Shown piece by piece: positions 40,001 to 52,860 of a DNA stretch of 64,000 nt. The notes beneath the pieces were generated by a model that saw only the letters and a list, made by a program, of their open reading frames with translations, was not told where the DNA came from and made no database searches. The stretch's first letter is position 1. Each line of letters starts with the position of its first letter. Both the position numbers and the translations under genes were made by a program. The stretch lies in contig OZ024743.1 in the NCBI GenBank assembly GCA_964016885.1, positions 340,132,001-340,196,000 on the forward strand, read 5' to 3'. The stretch comes from Eledone cirrhosa. Taxonomy: Eukaryota.

Positions 40001-42784
40001 GAGTTAGCCTTAGAGAAAAAGAAACTAGAAAGAGAACTAGTAGCCAAGGTAGAGGAGGCACTTAGAAGTGGCAACGCGGCTAGAGTGTTAGCGTAGAGAA
40101 CGGCACTGGACCAGTTCTTCGATGCGAAACACGAAGGCTGCGTGGTCAGAAGCAAAACACGTGCTCTAGGAAACGAAGGAGCGAAAGCTGTCAGCTGGGC
40201 CCGAGTGGCGGAGGCAAAAAGTGGCAACAAGTCCACGATTCAGTCTTTGAAATTCCAAAACGGACGCGTGCTACTTGACCCCAAGCAAATGTGCGCGGCC
40301 TTTCAGCAGCACTTTGCGCGACTGTTTGAGCAGAACGACGGTGAGCCGAACGGGGCAATGGACTTTAGTTCATACCTCGACGGCCTGCCGCGTCTCTCGA
40401 ACACGGACGCCGAGTTCTGCGAAAGACCGATCACGGACACTTAGATACGGGACGCTCTGGGTCGCTGCGGGAAACGCAAGTCACCCGGTCTAGATGGTCT
40501 ACCCTATGAGTTTTACATAGGCATGCCGGACTTGTTCTCTGGCGTCCTCGAAGCTGTCTACTGCAATTGGCAGCAGAACGGGAGAATTCCCAGTTCTGTA
40601 GGCAAGGGCGTAGTAACGCTGATCAGGAAAGACGAGAACAAGGGAGACGAAATTAACAACTTCAGGCCTATAACTCTGCTCAACACAGAGTTAGAGATTT
40701 TGGCCAAGGTGCTAGCGATGAGGTTGGCGATTGTCGTCGAGAACCTGGTAGGCAAAGCGCAAACGTGTGCAATCCCGACCAGGTCCATACACGACAACCT
40801 CCACCTCATGCGATACATCATAGAGAGGGTGGGTAATAAACCCGGCTTCGGTGGGGCTCTGATCAATTTGGATCAGTCTAAGGTATTCGATAGGGTCGAC
40901 CATCGATACTTGGAAGCGGTTCTCAAGGCGGCCGGTTTCGGTCCCGTTTTCAGAGGCTGGATAGAGGCGATGCACACCAGTATCTGCTCGAGGGTCAAGG
41001 TGAACGGCTACTTATCGGAGCCGTTCGCAATCACGCGTTCCATTCGAGAGGGGTGGCCTCTCTCCTCCATTCTGTATGTATTGATTCTAGAGCCACTACT
41101 GCGGAAATTGGAGCTGTTTCAGGGCAGCCCTCTAGAACCGGGACTGCGCCATGCGGCGTCGGCTTATGTCGACAACGTTACGGTAATGGTGTCGAGCACC
41201 TCGGAAATCAGGGTGATCGGCAACTTACTGAAAGAATACAAAATGCTGACGGGAACAAAACTAAACTCGGACAAGTCTGTCGGTTTGCAACTCGGTACGT
41301 GGAGAGGCAAACCGATGACGTCCGACAGCATCGTTGGACGCTGGACGGAAGGACCGGTGAAATTGATCGGGGCCTGGTTCGGTCCAGACCTCCAGGTGGA
41401 GAAAAACTGGAACGAGGTCACGGCCAAGGTGTTTGCACTCACCCAGAAGTGGTCAGAGTGCAAACTGTCCTTGAAAGGTCGAGCGGAGGTGGCGAACACT
41501 TTCATAGCGTCCGTCATCTACCTACGCTTGACTGTCGTGCCTTGTCCCCATGAACACCTCGCCAAGATAGAACGCATGCTCTTATAGTTTCTGTGGAAGA
41601 AGCAGGCTCCGCTGGTGAGGAGATCCGTCTGCTGTCAGCACCTTTCCAACGGAGGGCTGGGAATGCTGTGGCTGATGATGCGCAAACATGCGCTGAGACT
41701 GCGGCATCTCCAAGTATTCCTCACCGACGCCCAACCGGTGTGGGAACCGTTTGTGAGACAGGCTTTCCTACAGCTCGTCTCGCTGACGGAGCTGCAGTCC
41801 TGGGTCAAGAAAAGACCGAAAACGATGGGCGCCTGGCACATTGAATGCGCTCAGGCGCTCACAGTCCTCTGGCAAGCGGGCACAGCAATCAGTGGAGACT
41901 CCACTTCGACATTCTATAGAGGGATTGTATGTTACAAGGGCGACTACATGCTCGGAGAGACTCTAGGCGTCGACGACGATGAGCTCACTAGTCTGTTTGG
42001 TAGGAATTTCCGCCCGGGACCTATGGACAACTTCCAGAGGTCCCTGGCCTGGCAGTGCTACCGAGGAGCTCTACCGGTTCGTGACAAGATCTACAGGCAC
42101 GGACGCCCCGGCAGGGATCCTTCCAAGAGGACGTGTCCAAGATGCGCGCAGGACATTGAAACAGTCCTGCACGCAATTGTACACTGCCCGAGTGTAACCG
42201 ACCTGTGGAACTATGCAGAACAACTGCTGTCGCGTATGGGACAAATCCAGTTGACTGCCGAGTCCATAGTAAGGATCAAACCGCCAGCCTCTTTCAAAAA
42301 CGAAAGAGAGGCGGTTTTCCTCTGTACGGTGGCTATGGTGAAAGAACTTATATGGTGGATCAGATTGAGAGAACTGAGGTCAGATGCCTTTCTCTCCGGA
42401 CAACAATTGATTCCCTTCTTTAAGTATCACTTTAGAAGGAGAATCAGAGTGGAGAGAGAGGCACTACAGCCAAGTAAATTTACTTAGAGGTGGGTGAATG
42501 TAGCGAAAATGGCCCGAGTGATTGGAACTTCTCTGTTTATAAGCCCGTAGGTTGAATAAGAGAGCAAAAGGAAGAAAGGAGCACTTGCACAACACGCTCC
42601 TACAGTTGAGGGTTGTTCTATCGACGGGGTATTAAATAACCCAATTGTGGCGCTTCCCCCCTATTGGGGATTTCGATTGTTGTAATTGTTTGTTTTTATA
42701 TTTTTTTACACGACTGTATGTAAAATCCCCGGCATGTCTTTGTATTGTCCCCTTTCTTGTTGCGCCCGTGTGGCTAATAAAGAA
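37038..42784 (+). mobile_element. Tx1-E: apparently full-length LINE (ORF1 ~37239-39130, ORF2 39134-42550, both disrupted)
   Basis: 5' UTR; SVEGRKFHCFCCSTAHLKTSCP; MASLRVGSVNVRGL; RT motifs; CPRC..ETVLHAIVHC; ends AATAAAGAA then (ATCT)n. Confidence 0.92.

Positions 42785-42854
<70 letters not shown>
42785..42854. repeat. (ATCT)n tract 5
   Basis: Direct reading. Confidence 0.97.
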
Positions 42855-42856
<2 letters not shown>

Positions 42857-43095
42857 GTAGGTTAAAGAAGATAGCAAAAGGAAGAAGGGAACACTTGCAC
42901 AACACGCTCCTGAAGTTGAGGGTTGTTCTATCGACGGGGTATTAAACAACCCATTTGTGGCGCTTCCTCCCTATTGGGGGTTTCGATTGTTATAATTGTT
43001 TGTTTCAATATTTTTACACGACTGTATGTAAAATCCCCGGCATGTGTCTTTGTATTGTCCCCTTTTCTTGTGCGCCCTTGTGGCAAATAATGAAA
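42855..43095 (+). mobile_element. Tx1-F: 3' UTR-only copy
   Basis: Close but non-identical to the Tx1-E 3' UTR (42545-42784); followed by ATATCTAT. Confidence 0.85.
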
Positions 43096-43109
43096 TATAT
43101 CTATGTCAA

Positions 43110-43292
43110 GGGATTTATTTTTTATTTTTATTATAGTTCATTCAATAATTTTACAATTGTTTGTATTTCTATCCCCCATTCTTCTGGCAACCACAATAAT
43201 CGATTTCAACTTTTTGAATTCATTTCCAGATTCTGAACTGTAAGGCAACTACAGAAAACATTCTCCAAAGGAGATGAACTGGATTTGTCTAG
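43110..43292 (+). mobile_element. Helitron-like 3' terminal fragment
   Basis: Homologous to 24770-24939; ends TCCA..TGGA then TTTGTCTAG|T. Confidence 0.6.
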
Positions 43293-43301
43293 TATATATA
43301 T

Positions 43302-43643
43302 ATAAAATTAAAAAACTATTGACATATACAAATATATTAAACATTAAAAGGAGATAAATTGTAAATGTAAGAACATAAACAATTCCAAAAGGCGGCTTAT
43401 TTAGATTATAAATATCTGAATTTCAGTAATTATTCATACCCTCGCATACATATTCCTTAATTGGTGAAACATATTCTTAAGCAATAATAGAATATTTATG
43501 CGAGGATATGAAAATTATCGAATTTCAAGTCTTTAAAATTTAAATATGCCGCCTTTTGGCATTGTTTATATGTATGTTCTTACATCCTTTTACAATTTAT
43601 CTCCTGTTAATGTTTGATATGTCAATCGTCTTTTAATTTTATA
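43302..43643. repeat. Old imperfect inverted repeat (~150-bp arms) beside (TA)n
   Basis: AACATTAAAAGGAGATAAATTGTAAA / TTTACAATTTATCTCCTGTTAATGTT; CCAAAAGGCGGC / GCCGCCTTTTGG; CCTCGCATA / TATGCGAGG. Confidence 0.75.
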
Positions 43644-43829
43644 ATAAATGCTCGGATTTATTCCTTAGAGCTTTCCTTACAGGTGATATCACGATTGTCT
43701 GAAATTTGTTTAGACATAACATCGTTATTATTGTTAGTAATATGTATATATGCATATATATGTATATATGCAGTCGCCCATGGGTACCTGTCGCCCCGCT
43801 CCACGTCACTGATGTTGTGCAAGAAAGGC

Positions 43830-44003
43830 TAAGGCTGATACAGTTTGGCATTAGTGACGTCGCTATCCATTGCTACATCTGAGTAAATTGGAACAACGTG
43901 AAATAAAGTGTCTTGCTCAAGAACACAACACACAGCTCGGTCCAGGAATCGAATTCACAAGCTCACGATTGTAAGCCCGACGCTCTAAGCTATGCGCCCG
44001 CAC
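43830..44003 (-). mobile_element. SINE family 2 (tRNA head + CTTGAGCAAGACACTTTATTTC body)
   Basis: Reverse-complement match to 48901-49075. Confidence 0.75.
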
Positions 44004-44730
44004 ATTTATATGTATTAGATTACGCATCAAAGTCTTTCTACCGTACACCACCGATTTTACAACTCACGCCGTAAATTGGATATCTAATGGAAATACATAT
44101 TTCAGTGCTTGAAACTATATTTTTCTTTAATAAGTTAATGTTAACAATTTCTAGACACTGTTAGATATCTAGACAGCTAGATAGCTATACAGACAGATAG
44201 TAAGTTTATGTTAACATGTTTAATGAAGGAAGCATTAAATCGTTCAAGCGACATAATTGTATGATAAGGAAAAAGTGATATTAGTAAAATATGAATGTCA
44301 TTTCAGTTATCTCAGAATGTACAGGAGACATGGACATTATTCAGTTTTATTATAGCATCATCATTTATTCATGTGGATTATTGAATCAATTCTTTGTTCA
44401 CTTAAGATAGCTCTTGTAGAATATTGCATCATTATGCACTGAGTGTGGTGTAAAGGATTTATTATACCAGGCATAAAAATTAACAACTAAGATATATTGT
44501 TGTGAATCAGCTCTAAGGCCAGTCGTGGTAGATCAAATCTATGATCAAAGGTATTCTAGCTATGACCATCTCGTCTTTTATCAGTTATAGTCTAGCTGGG
44601 ATTACAGTTTCTAATGTGTTGTCTATTATGGTTTATTTGTCAGTCATGGTCGAGCAGCAGAACAATAATTAAAGACGTTCTACTTGTGCCAACCTCAACA
44701 TTTTCTACAATATATCTCAGACTATATTAT

Positions 44731-44925
44731 AGGTAGAGCGTCGGATAGTATGCTTCGCAGCATAGAGTTACAGCCCTTTGCGTTCTGATTTCAAATCCTG
44801 CTGAGGTTAGCTTTGCCTTTCATCCCTACGGGATCGATAAAATGAAGTACCAATAACGCACTAGAGTCTACTTAATCGAATTTCCCTCCCCAAAATTGTT
44901 GGCCTTGTGCCTAAATCAGAAGCTC
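44731..44925 (+). mobile_element. SINE family 1 (older variant)
   Basis: Consensus match. Confidence 0.8.
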
Positions 44926-44936
44926 CTATTTAGTAT

Positions 44937-45115
44937 TGGCAGTATCGGTAGAGGGTCGGACACCATGCTTTGCAGCATAGAGTTACGGCGCTTTGTGATC
45001 TGAGTTCAAATCCCGCCGAGGTTAACTTTGCCTTTCACCCTTATGGGTTCGATAAAATAAATCACCAGTAATGCACTGGGGTAATTGCTGGCTTTGTGCC
45101 AAAAGTAGAAACAAT
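44937..45115 (+). mobile_element. SINE family 1
   Basis: Consensus match; TSD TATTTAGTAT at 44927-44936 and 45116-45125. Confidence 0.9.
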
Positions 45116-45735
45116 TATTTAGTATGTTCTTCCCTCTTATAACGTCAGTAAAGTGTTATTTCAAAGAGATTTGGCTGCTATTTCAACAAGGTCAAATGCA
45201 TATGCTTTGGCTTCCACGTTGGCTCAAAAAAGCAAAATTACTAACAAAACAAGCTATGATGTTATTCATAAACTTGCAGGATTTTAAAGAATTATAAATA
45301 ATTCTATATAAAGTTATTGCAATGTTAATACATTTTTTGCATGTCGATATATAAAAGAACTTGAAACAAAAATAGTAGATTAAGAGTATTAGTTATTCGA
45401 ATGAATAATAAAAATATCCTTTCTAAACGCAATGGCGACCTTTTATTTGAGCACCAAAACCTATAAAATCTGCCCTTATACAGTCATGCATTGTAAACCA
45501 AGAGCTAATAACAAGCAACAATACGCCAATGAGAGAACATCTATAGAGAGCAATCTGTTTCATTATATGTTTGTAGGTATGTATGACTGTATACACACAT
45601 ATGAATATATATATACCTCTCTTTCTCTCTCTTTCACCCCCCTCTCTCTCTATATATATATAAGTATATATATATATACACATTCATAAATACATGTACA
45701 CATATATGATATGTATGTATCCATACATACATGGA

Positions 45736-45796
<61 letters not shown>

Positions 45797-45971
45797 CCAA
45801 AATTAAGATAAAATAAATTAAATGAATTTAATCTAAATCGAAATTGTGGGTGTCATGTCATAAGGCATGCGCCATATATCCTGGAAATTAAGCTCTAAGA
45901 TAAATCTGAGCATATTATAATAACTAGAAATTGATTATTCATGTATATTTATATGTTAATCAATTTCTAGT

Positions 45972-46022
<51 letters not shown>

Positions 46023-46040
46023 TACACGATGATCATAAAA

Positions 46041-46225
46041 AATAATTGTTTCTACTTTAGGCACAAGGCCAGCAATTGCCCAGTGCATTACTGGTACTTT
46101 ATTTTATCGACCTCGTAAGGATGAAAGGCAAACTCAACCTCGGCGGGATTTGAACTCAGATCGTAAAGGGACGTAACTAGGCTGGAAAGCATGGCGTCCG
46201 ACCCTCTACCGATACTGCCAATCCA
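46041..46225 (-). mobile_element. SINE family 1
   Basis: Reverse complement of the consensus. Confidence 0.88.
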
Positions 46226-46681
46226 ATTGAATGATAAAGCATGGCAAAGATGTTGTCAATGTGAACGATAAAATCAAGAAAATAAAGATAAATATAAATA
46301 AAAAGAATAAAATATCAAATATAAATGTCGGGGTTAAGAATACAAATAAAAATACTAAATAAAATACAAATAAAGATACAAATAAAGAAAAATATAAGAA
46401 ATAAAAAAATAAATACAAAATAGACATACACAAAAGTTTAATTGGATAGATAGACCTACAGACATTGACGATGAGTGTTGTAGTTGTTCGATCAACGGAA
46501 CAGCCTGCTCATGAATTTAACGCGTAAGTGGCTGACCATTCCACAGGAATGTGTACGCAAAATGTATTTCCCAGGGAGATTCAGCGAAGACCTGCCCACC
46601 TCTAAAAATCCAAACGGGGAGTACCATAAAAAAAGTGCCCCAAAACGAGGAGAAATGAGGCAAAATGTGGAGATTTTACAT

Positions 46682-46790
46682 AATTATTTCTACTTTTGGC
46701 ACAAGGCCAGTAATTACGCCAGTGCATTACTGGTACGTTATTTTATCGACCCCGTAAGAATGAAAGGCAAAGTTAACCTCGGTGGGATTT
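46682..46790 (-). mobile_element. SINE family 1, 3' half
   Basis: Reverse complement of the consensus. Confidence 0.8.
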
Positions 46791-47330
46791 GGTGTACATA
46801 ATGATTTTACATAATGAAAGATATACCCATTTTCACAAGAGAAGACATCTCTCACCCACCCCAAAGTGGGTGGGAGATCTCCCCGTCGGACGGGGAGAGT
46901 TGACAGGTCTGTCAATATGACACAGTGTGGGACACGGTTGGTCCTTTCAATTACAGGTACAGTCAATCCGACTAACTTCCAAACAGTTTTCGTTTACTCT
47001 GTTTCACTCTCAAGGCGTGGCAAACGACTCTTGCACAAGAAGCCACACAAAGAGATCAAACTGGGGACTTAATGATTGCGAAGCGAACTTCTTTACCATT
47101 CGGCTCTGCTGCGTCTATAAAAAGGGAGATAAATATAAGAAATAAAAAAAACAAAACAAAAATAAACACAAAATAGAAATATAGTAAATATTAATTGGAC
47201 AGTACCTAGTTGGCAAGGAAAAGATTGATTTGACACTTACATTCATACACTTTGGCATTCATAAACATAAAACACACACAAGTCACTATTTCACCTAATA
47301 AAATATACGTATGTATATATGTATGTACGC

Positions 47331-47721
47331 TCTTTCTCTTAATTTTGGCTTTATTTTTGTCCGACCACCTTCCCGGTGGCAAATTGTAAAGAAAAGGAAA
47401 TTGCCATCGTCTCTTGTGTCAGCGTTCATCTTTTGAATCGTAAGATTTTTTTCAGATTTTGAATGTTCCAGATATCTCGATCATTTGTAGCTTATGAATT
47501 AAGGAGCTACGTTCTTTCTCCATAAATCTAAGTTTAGTTATACTTGGTCCAGGCAGGTTGGTATATAACTTATAGCTCCAATAACAATGGGTATGAAGCT
47601 GGACGTGTATCGTGGATACTGGATCAGCAAACTCCTTATCAATGGTTCGTAGATATCCTCCTTGTCTTACAGTTTTCTTACCATATTGACATCAAGTGAA
47701 ATGCTGACTTCTGCAACATAG
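47331..47721 (-). mobile_element. R4-like retrotransposon 3' fragment
   Basis: YVAEVSISLDVNM...YEPLIRSL...FIPIVIGAISY (RLE C-terminus); TATG-type repeats on both sides. Confidence 0.6.
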
Positions 47722-47737
47722 TATGTATGTATGTATG

Positions 47738-48848
47738 TTCTTCTGGTTTTATAATTTCACAAATTTTTGCCAATAGAGAGAGAGTCGGTTTCAAACAGAG
47801 ACACAAGACTCTCTCATTGGAATTTACACAACATCAACTAGGTACATATGTCTGCATGTCTGCATGCATGCATGTGTAGATATGGATGTTATTGTATGTG
47901 TGGATGTTTATGTTTTGAGTTGTATGTGAGCATATGTATATGCTTTGTATCTGTACATGTGTATATGCAGTTATTAGATGCAAAATGTTTGGAATGTTTT
48001 ACATATTTTTACTGTTCCATTAATGGATTGTATTTGTAATTTCCTAACTAGTTGTGTTCTTTCTGTTCCTGTGAAGCCTAGCTTCTCAAGATTTGTATTG
48101 AGGCAGTTAGTAACATATCCCAGTGCCCCAATAATCACAGGCATAAATCTGAAGGTATAATCAAGGTGGAGTATCTGCAGATTTCTCATCAGTCTTGCAT
48201 AAAATATTCTACTTTTCGCTAATCTTTGATATAATGGCATCTGCTGGACAGCTAATTTCCACTACTGTGCATGCTTTCTTTTCCCTGTCCCATATCATAA
48301 TATCTGGTCTGTTATGTCTGCATTTTATTGGGGTTTTTACTGGAATATTCCACCAGTACTCTTTCATATTATGTATATGTATGTCTTCCACATTGCTGTA
48401 GATTTTAATGTGTTTATTATCGGGGCTATATTTTCTACGGATTGCATTGTACAGTGTTTTGGCCACTACATCACACCTCATAGGTAGATAGTACCACGAT
48501 GACATCTTTGGACAGCTACTTATGACATGGGTGACATCTTTGATGTTAATTCTGCAGAGTCTGCACTTGTTATCACATCTAGGTGTTTTGCCTGCATCCC
48601 AATCTCTTTTGTGAATCAAGTATTTGGTGTTGATTTCTTGTTCTTGGATTGCAAAAGCGTATCCTTCAAAGTGGGAGCCAATATAGCGGTTGTTGGTCTA
48701 AGATAGACTACTTTCTTTATCTATATTACTCTCACTCTGGAGCTTCCTGGCAACATATCCATGCATGATTTTTTCTGATAAGCATGCAGTTTTTCATCCA
48801 TGGATTCACTGCGATACTGCTGAGTAACTTCCCTGGGTGTGAGTTTTG
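47738..48848 (-). mobile_element. R4/Dong-like retrotransposon 3' fragment (zinc finger + RLE + 3' UTR)
   Basis: CRLC..HVISSC, HNRPDIMIWD..VEISCP, PVIIGALG; same family as 14867-16276; bounded by TATG repeats. Confidence 0.82.
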
Positions 48849-48900
48849 TATGTATATATTGATGTATGCATATATGTATGAACGAATATATGTATGTATG

Positions 48901-49100
48901 AAGGCGCGTCGCTTAGCGGTTAGAGCGTCGGATTCTCAATCACAAGGTTGAAAGTTCAATTCCTACCGGGTGATGTGTTGTGTCTTGAGCAAGACACTTT
49001 ATTTCTCGTTGCTTCAATTCACTCAGCTGTAGGAATAAGTTGCGATGTCACTGGTGCCAAGCTGTATTGGCCTTTTCGTTTCCCTTGGAAACAATCGGTG
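48901..49100 (+). mobile_element. SINE family 2
   Basis: tRNA-like head GCTTAGCGGTTAGAGCG..GTTCAATTCC, then GTCTTGAGCAAGACACTTTATTTC. Confidence 0.78.
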
Positions 49101-49234
49101 ACATGGACGACTGCTGCTGGTCCATAAAAACACCTCAGCAATTCGTAAGTTCCAAAGTTTGAGCTTTGCATATGATGCTTGTTTAATAAGAAGTGTGTAA
49201 TATGTAAAATAAGTCCACAAATAAATTGTAAAAC

Positions 49235-49535
49235 TAGAAATGTAGTCTATAGCATAAGATGCACAGAAGGGGCTGCAGAAACATGACAATGACATACATA
49301 GGAGAGACAGCCCGTAGCAGAGGAGAGGGAATAGATGGAATAGATGAACACTGGGGTGAACTAAAAGGACAAAAAGACAATTTAGTACTATATGAACAGG
49401 TCAGACATGATGGTAATATAGACAACATTGAAATTAACATTTCGAAACATAGGAATGACTAAACAGTTAGACAAATTAGGGAAGCAACATAAATAGAATT
49501 AAGAAAACATAGGCTGAACAGAAAATATGAATGAA
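49235..49535 (+). pseudogene. GIY-YIG endonuclease remnant (PLE)
   Basis: NVVYSIRC / YIGETARS..IDEH / RQIREAT..LNRKYE across frameshifts. Confidence 0.6.
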
Positions 49536-50054
49536 TAACAACAACCATACACACACAATAGTGATCTAAGATAAATATAAATAAATATACACATACAATA
49601 ACAACATCCACACACTAGTGACCAAAGGAAGAGTATAAACACACACAGAATCAAATGCATTTGAACTATAAAATAGTCGAATAAGTAGTAGCTTTGCATT
49701 AGAAGAGCAGATAGATTGTTTAATTTTCAAATTTGTCCAATGGCTTCGTAAACCTATCGGTTAGTTTATATTTCTAGCCAACTGTTAAGGTCTCTACTAG
49801 ACGGTGAAGGTTGTTTAGGTCACTTTGGTGTAATGAATACGGCCGTGGTCCGGTATACGTCAGATACTTGATTCTCACAAGCGTCTTTATTCGCCTTTTT
49901 TCTGTCTCCAATGGTAATGTACGTGACTTATACGACTATTTTATAGTTCATATGCATTGTGGCAGATTTTCATAAGAAAAGCAAATAGATTTTCAAATTT
50001 TCAAATTTATATATATATATAACAAAAAGTTATCGCTCTACATGGCTGAATACA

Positions 50055-50245
50055 GTAAATGTAATCTGAGTTTTTCGAATAATAATAATAATATTCGATT
50101 CGTTTGCAATCATGCAAACAGCCTCTTTTAAGCCATGTCAGTAGAGGGGCTCATTCTACTGATATGGCTTAAAAGAGGCTGTTTGCATAACTGCAAACGA
50201 ATCGAATATTATTATTAATATTCGAAAAATTCAGATTACATTTAC
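50055..50245. repeat. Fold-back inverted repeat, ~91-bp arms
   Basis: 50055-50145 vs 50155-50245, few mismatches. Confidence 0.88.
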
Positions 50246-50551
50246 CCCCCCCCCCCCCCCATATATATATAATCATATGTGGGAAAAGCAAACAAGATAA
50301 GAAACAAATCTTTACTTACTTTAATGTCCCTACTGCAGTTTCATTAAGAATATAACAATACTCCGAGTTAAGAAAGAAAATTCAAGACAGAAAAATTTTT
50401 CCTTGTTCGCTACCAATGATAATTTCAAATGGAAGAAATATCACGGGATTGGCTGTCAACGGGAGTGTAGTAAGGTGGAGATTAGCAGGTAGCGGGCTGC
50501 TAGGAAAAGCAGTCCGATTTGGCCAAAATTAATTTGACAAATTAATTGAAG

Positions 50552-50588
<37 letters not shown>

Positions 50589-50700
50589 TAAGAGGAATTC
50601 CAACTTTGTCTGATTTACTCGTTTTATTTACAATCCTTTAAAATTTATAATGGTATTATAATGAAATAGTATGATAGAATATTAAATTCTAAGTGTTAAT

Positions 50701-50739
50701 TGAACAAGTACTTTCATGCTTTCGCAATCTTCAGGTTCA
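50701..50739 (-). ncRNA. Minimal type I hammerhead ribozyme
   Basis: UGAAC CUGAAGA UUGC-GAAA-GCAU GAAA GUAC UU GUUCA: stem I, intact core, stem II, palindromic stem III. Confidence 0.8.
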
Positions 50740-51130
50740 TGATATGTGGTGACAGTCAAGTTTGCAATTTTCAACTGTAATAAGATGGGTAAATTTTCTA
50801 CCTTTTATACATTTTATACAGGGAAAAGTGGCTCCAGAATCCTAAGTCTTGCAAACTGTATTTTGACCAATCAATGTGTAGTTTCACTGAATTACTAAAG
50901 CTGATTGGTTTAAGCATCACGGCTGGTTGAGCATGTCTAACGACCAATAATTAATCATATACAAAGCATCAATTGTTTTGCTATTTTTAGAAATGATGAA
51001 AATAGCATTTTCTATTAATCATCACCATCAACATCACTTTTATTATTATTATTATTGTTGTTGTTGTTGTTGTTGTTGTTGTTAGTGGTCGTAGTCATAG
51101 TGATAGTAGAAGTAATACCCCTAAGCGTTA

Positions 51131-52564
51131 TTATTGTTCATTTAGCTTGGGTTTGAATTTATCAATAAAATTCTTTTCTTTGATTTTTCTCTTGATTTCA
51201 CTTGGGCTGTGTAATTTGTAGAATGGGAATATTATAAATATTCCCTGACCACATGTTGCTAGATGGTTACTTAGGGGTATCTGACGGACATTTGGGTCTC
51301 TGATTTGTTGACGGTGTACCCGTGCACGTTCCGATAGTGCATTTCCAGTTTGACCGACATATAGTTCTTCACAATTCGGGCATTTAATGCAGTAAATTAG
51401 ATTTCTGCTTTTGCAGTTCATATTTGCATTTGGGAATATTTTTCCAGTTTTTGTTTTCATATATTGACCGGCGTGTATGGATTGACATGTGCCGCATCGA
51501 CTATCATTGCATTTAGATACAGTGAATGATTGGTCTTTGTTGTTAAGGTCAAACTTTCCTTTTGTTAATAATTGCTTCAAATTTTTTGGCTGTCTTTTAC
51601 GAAGAGTCAAAGATCGATCTGTGATTAAGCCTTTTAATTCATTACTTTGAGCAATGATCGGTAGATTTGCTTTGGCAGTGTTGAAGATATTCTGGTGACA
51701 TGGGTTGTGTGTCATTATAAATGGTATGACCAGTTCTTGGTTTCTTCTTCCTTGGGTTGTCCTAAGTTGTTGTATAGGTATTTTTATAGCCCGCTGTATG
51801 CCATTTTCTATAAGTAGAGATGGGTATTTTTGTTTGAGCAAAAATTCTCTTAGTTCTGTTAGGCGTTTGTACCTGGTATTCGTATCTTCTACAATGGTAC
51901 AAATTCTTCTGGCTAGGCAGTATGGGATGTTGCGTTTTGTATGAGGTGGATGGCACGAATTAAAATTCAGATATTGATGGGTGTCTGTGTGTTTATAATA
52001 TATATCCTTGGTAATGGTGGTGTCGTTTTTGATTATCATTATATCTAGGAATGGTAATTTGGTCCTACTCATCTCTTTTGTGAATTGGAGAGATGGGTGT
52101 AGGTTATTCAGGAGGATATAGAACTCATCCAGAGTATCTAGAGATTCTGTCCAGATGATGAAACAGTCGTCAAGGTATCTCTTCCAAGATTTTTCAATGT
52201 ACTTTCTAAAGTCAGTACTATATTTTTCCTCTATTTCTTGGTAGAGTTGTTGTTCTAAGTATCCCATTACAGAGTTTGCGTAAACGGGAGCAAACTTCGT
52301 TCCCATCGCTGTGCCTCTAATTTGGATGTAATTCTTTCCATTGAAGAAGAAAGTGTTGTTTTCCAGAATAAGTTTAACTGCGTCTAATATAAATGGCGCT
52401 GTGAATCTGATGGGAATCACTTCTCTATGTTTTTCCACCCAGTATTTAACCGCCTTTATTCCTAAATCATGTGTAATGTTGGTGTAAAAGCTTACCACAT
52501 CAAAACTGAGTAGAAGTGAATTCGTTTCCGTGGTTTTGGGAAGATGGGACAGGAAGTCGATCAT
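51131..52564 (-). CDS. PLE reverse transcriptase + GIY-YIG endonuclease (5'-truncated, 477 aa open)
   Basis: SFDVVSFYTNI, GTAMGT, RYLDD, LPFLD, YYKHTDTHQYL, CNDSRCGTC, LIYCIKC..LYVGQTG..ERARVH. Confidence 0.85.
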   Translation of the reverse strand: MIDFLSHLPKTTETNSLLLSFDVVSFYTNITHDLGIKAVKYWVEKHREVIPIRFTAPFILDAVKLILENNTFFFNGKNYIQIRGTAMGTKFAPVYANSVMGYLEQQLYQEIEEKYSTDFRKYIEKSWKRYLDDCFIIWTESLDTLDEFYILLNNLHPSLQFTKEMSRTKLPFLDIMIIKNDTTITKDIYYKHTDTHQYLNFNSCHPPHTKRNIPYCLARRICTIVEDTNTRYKRLTELREFLLKQKYPSLLIENGIQRAIKIPIQQLRTTQGRRNQELVIPFIMTHNPCHQNIFNTAKANLPIIAQSNELKGLITDRSLTLRKRQPKNLKQLLTKGKFDLNNKDQSFTVSKCNDSRCGTCQSIHAGQYMKTKTGKIFPNANMNCKSRNLIYCIKCPNCEELYVGQTGNALSERARVHRQQIRDPNVRQIPLSNHLATCGQGIFIIFPFYKLHSPSEIKRKIKEKNFIDKFKPKLNEQ

Positions 52565-52682
52565 CCCGGACAGAATCTCTAGATACTCTGGATGAGTTCA
52601 ATATCCTCCTGAATAACCTACACCCATCTCTCCAATTCACAAAAGAGATGAATAGGACCAAATTACCATTCCTAGATATAAT

Positions 52683-52860
52683 TATTTCTACTTTTGGCAC
52701 AAGGCCAGCAATTATCCCAGTGCATTACTGGTACTTTATTTTATCGACCCCGCAAGGATGAAAGGCAAAGTTAACCTCGGCGGGATTTGAACTCAGATCA
52801 TAAAGGGCCGTAACTCTTTGCTGCAAAGCATGGCGTCCGACCCTCTACCGATACTGCCAA
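52683..52860 (-). mobile_element. SINE family 1 inserted in the right PLE arm
   Basis: TSD TAGATATAAT at 52673-52682 and 52861-52870; absent from the left arm. Confidence 0.93.
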
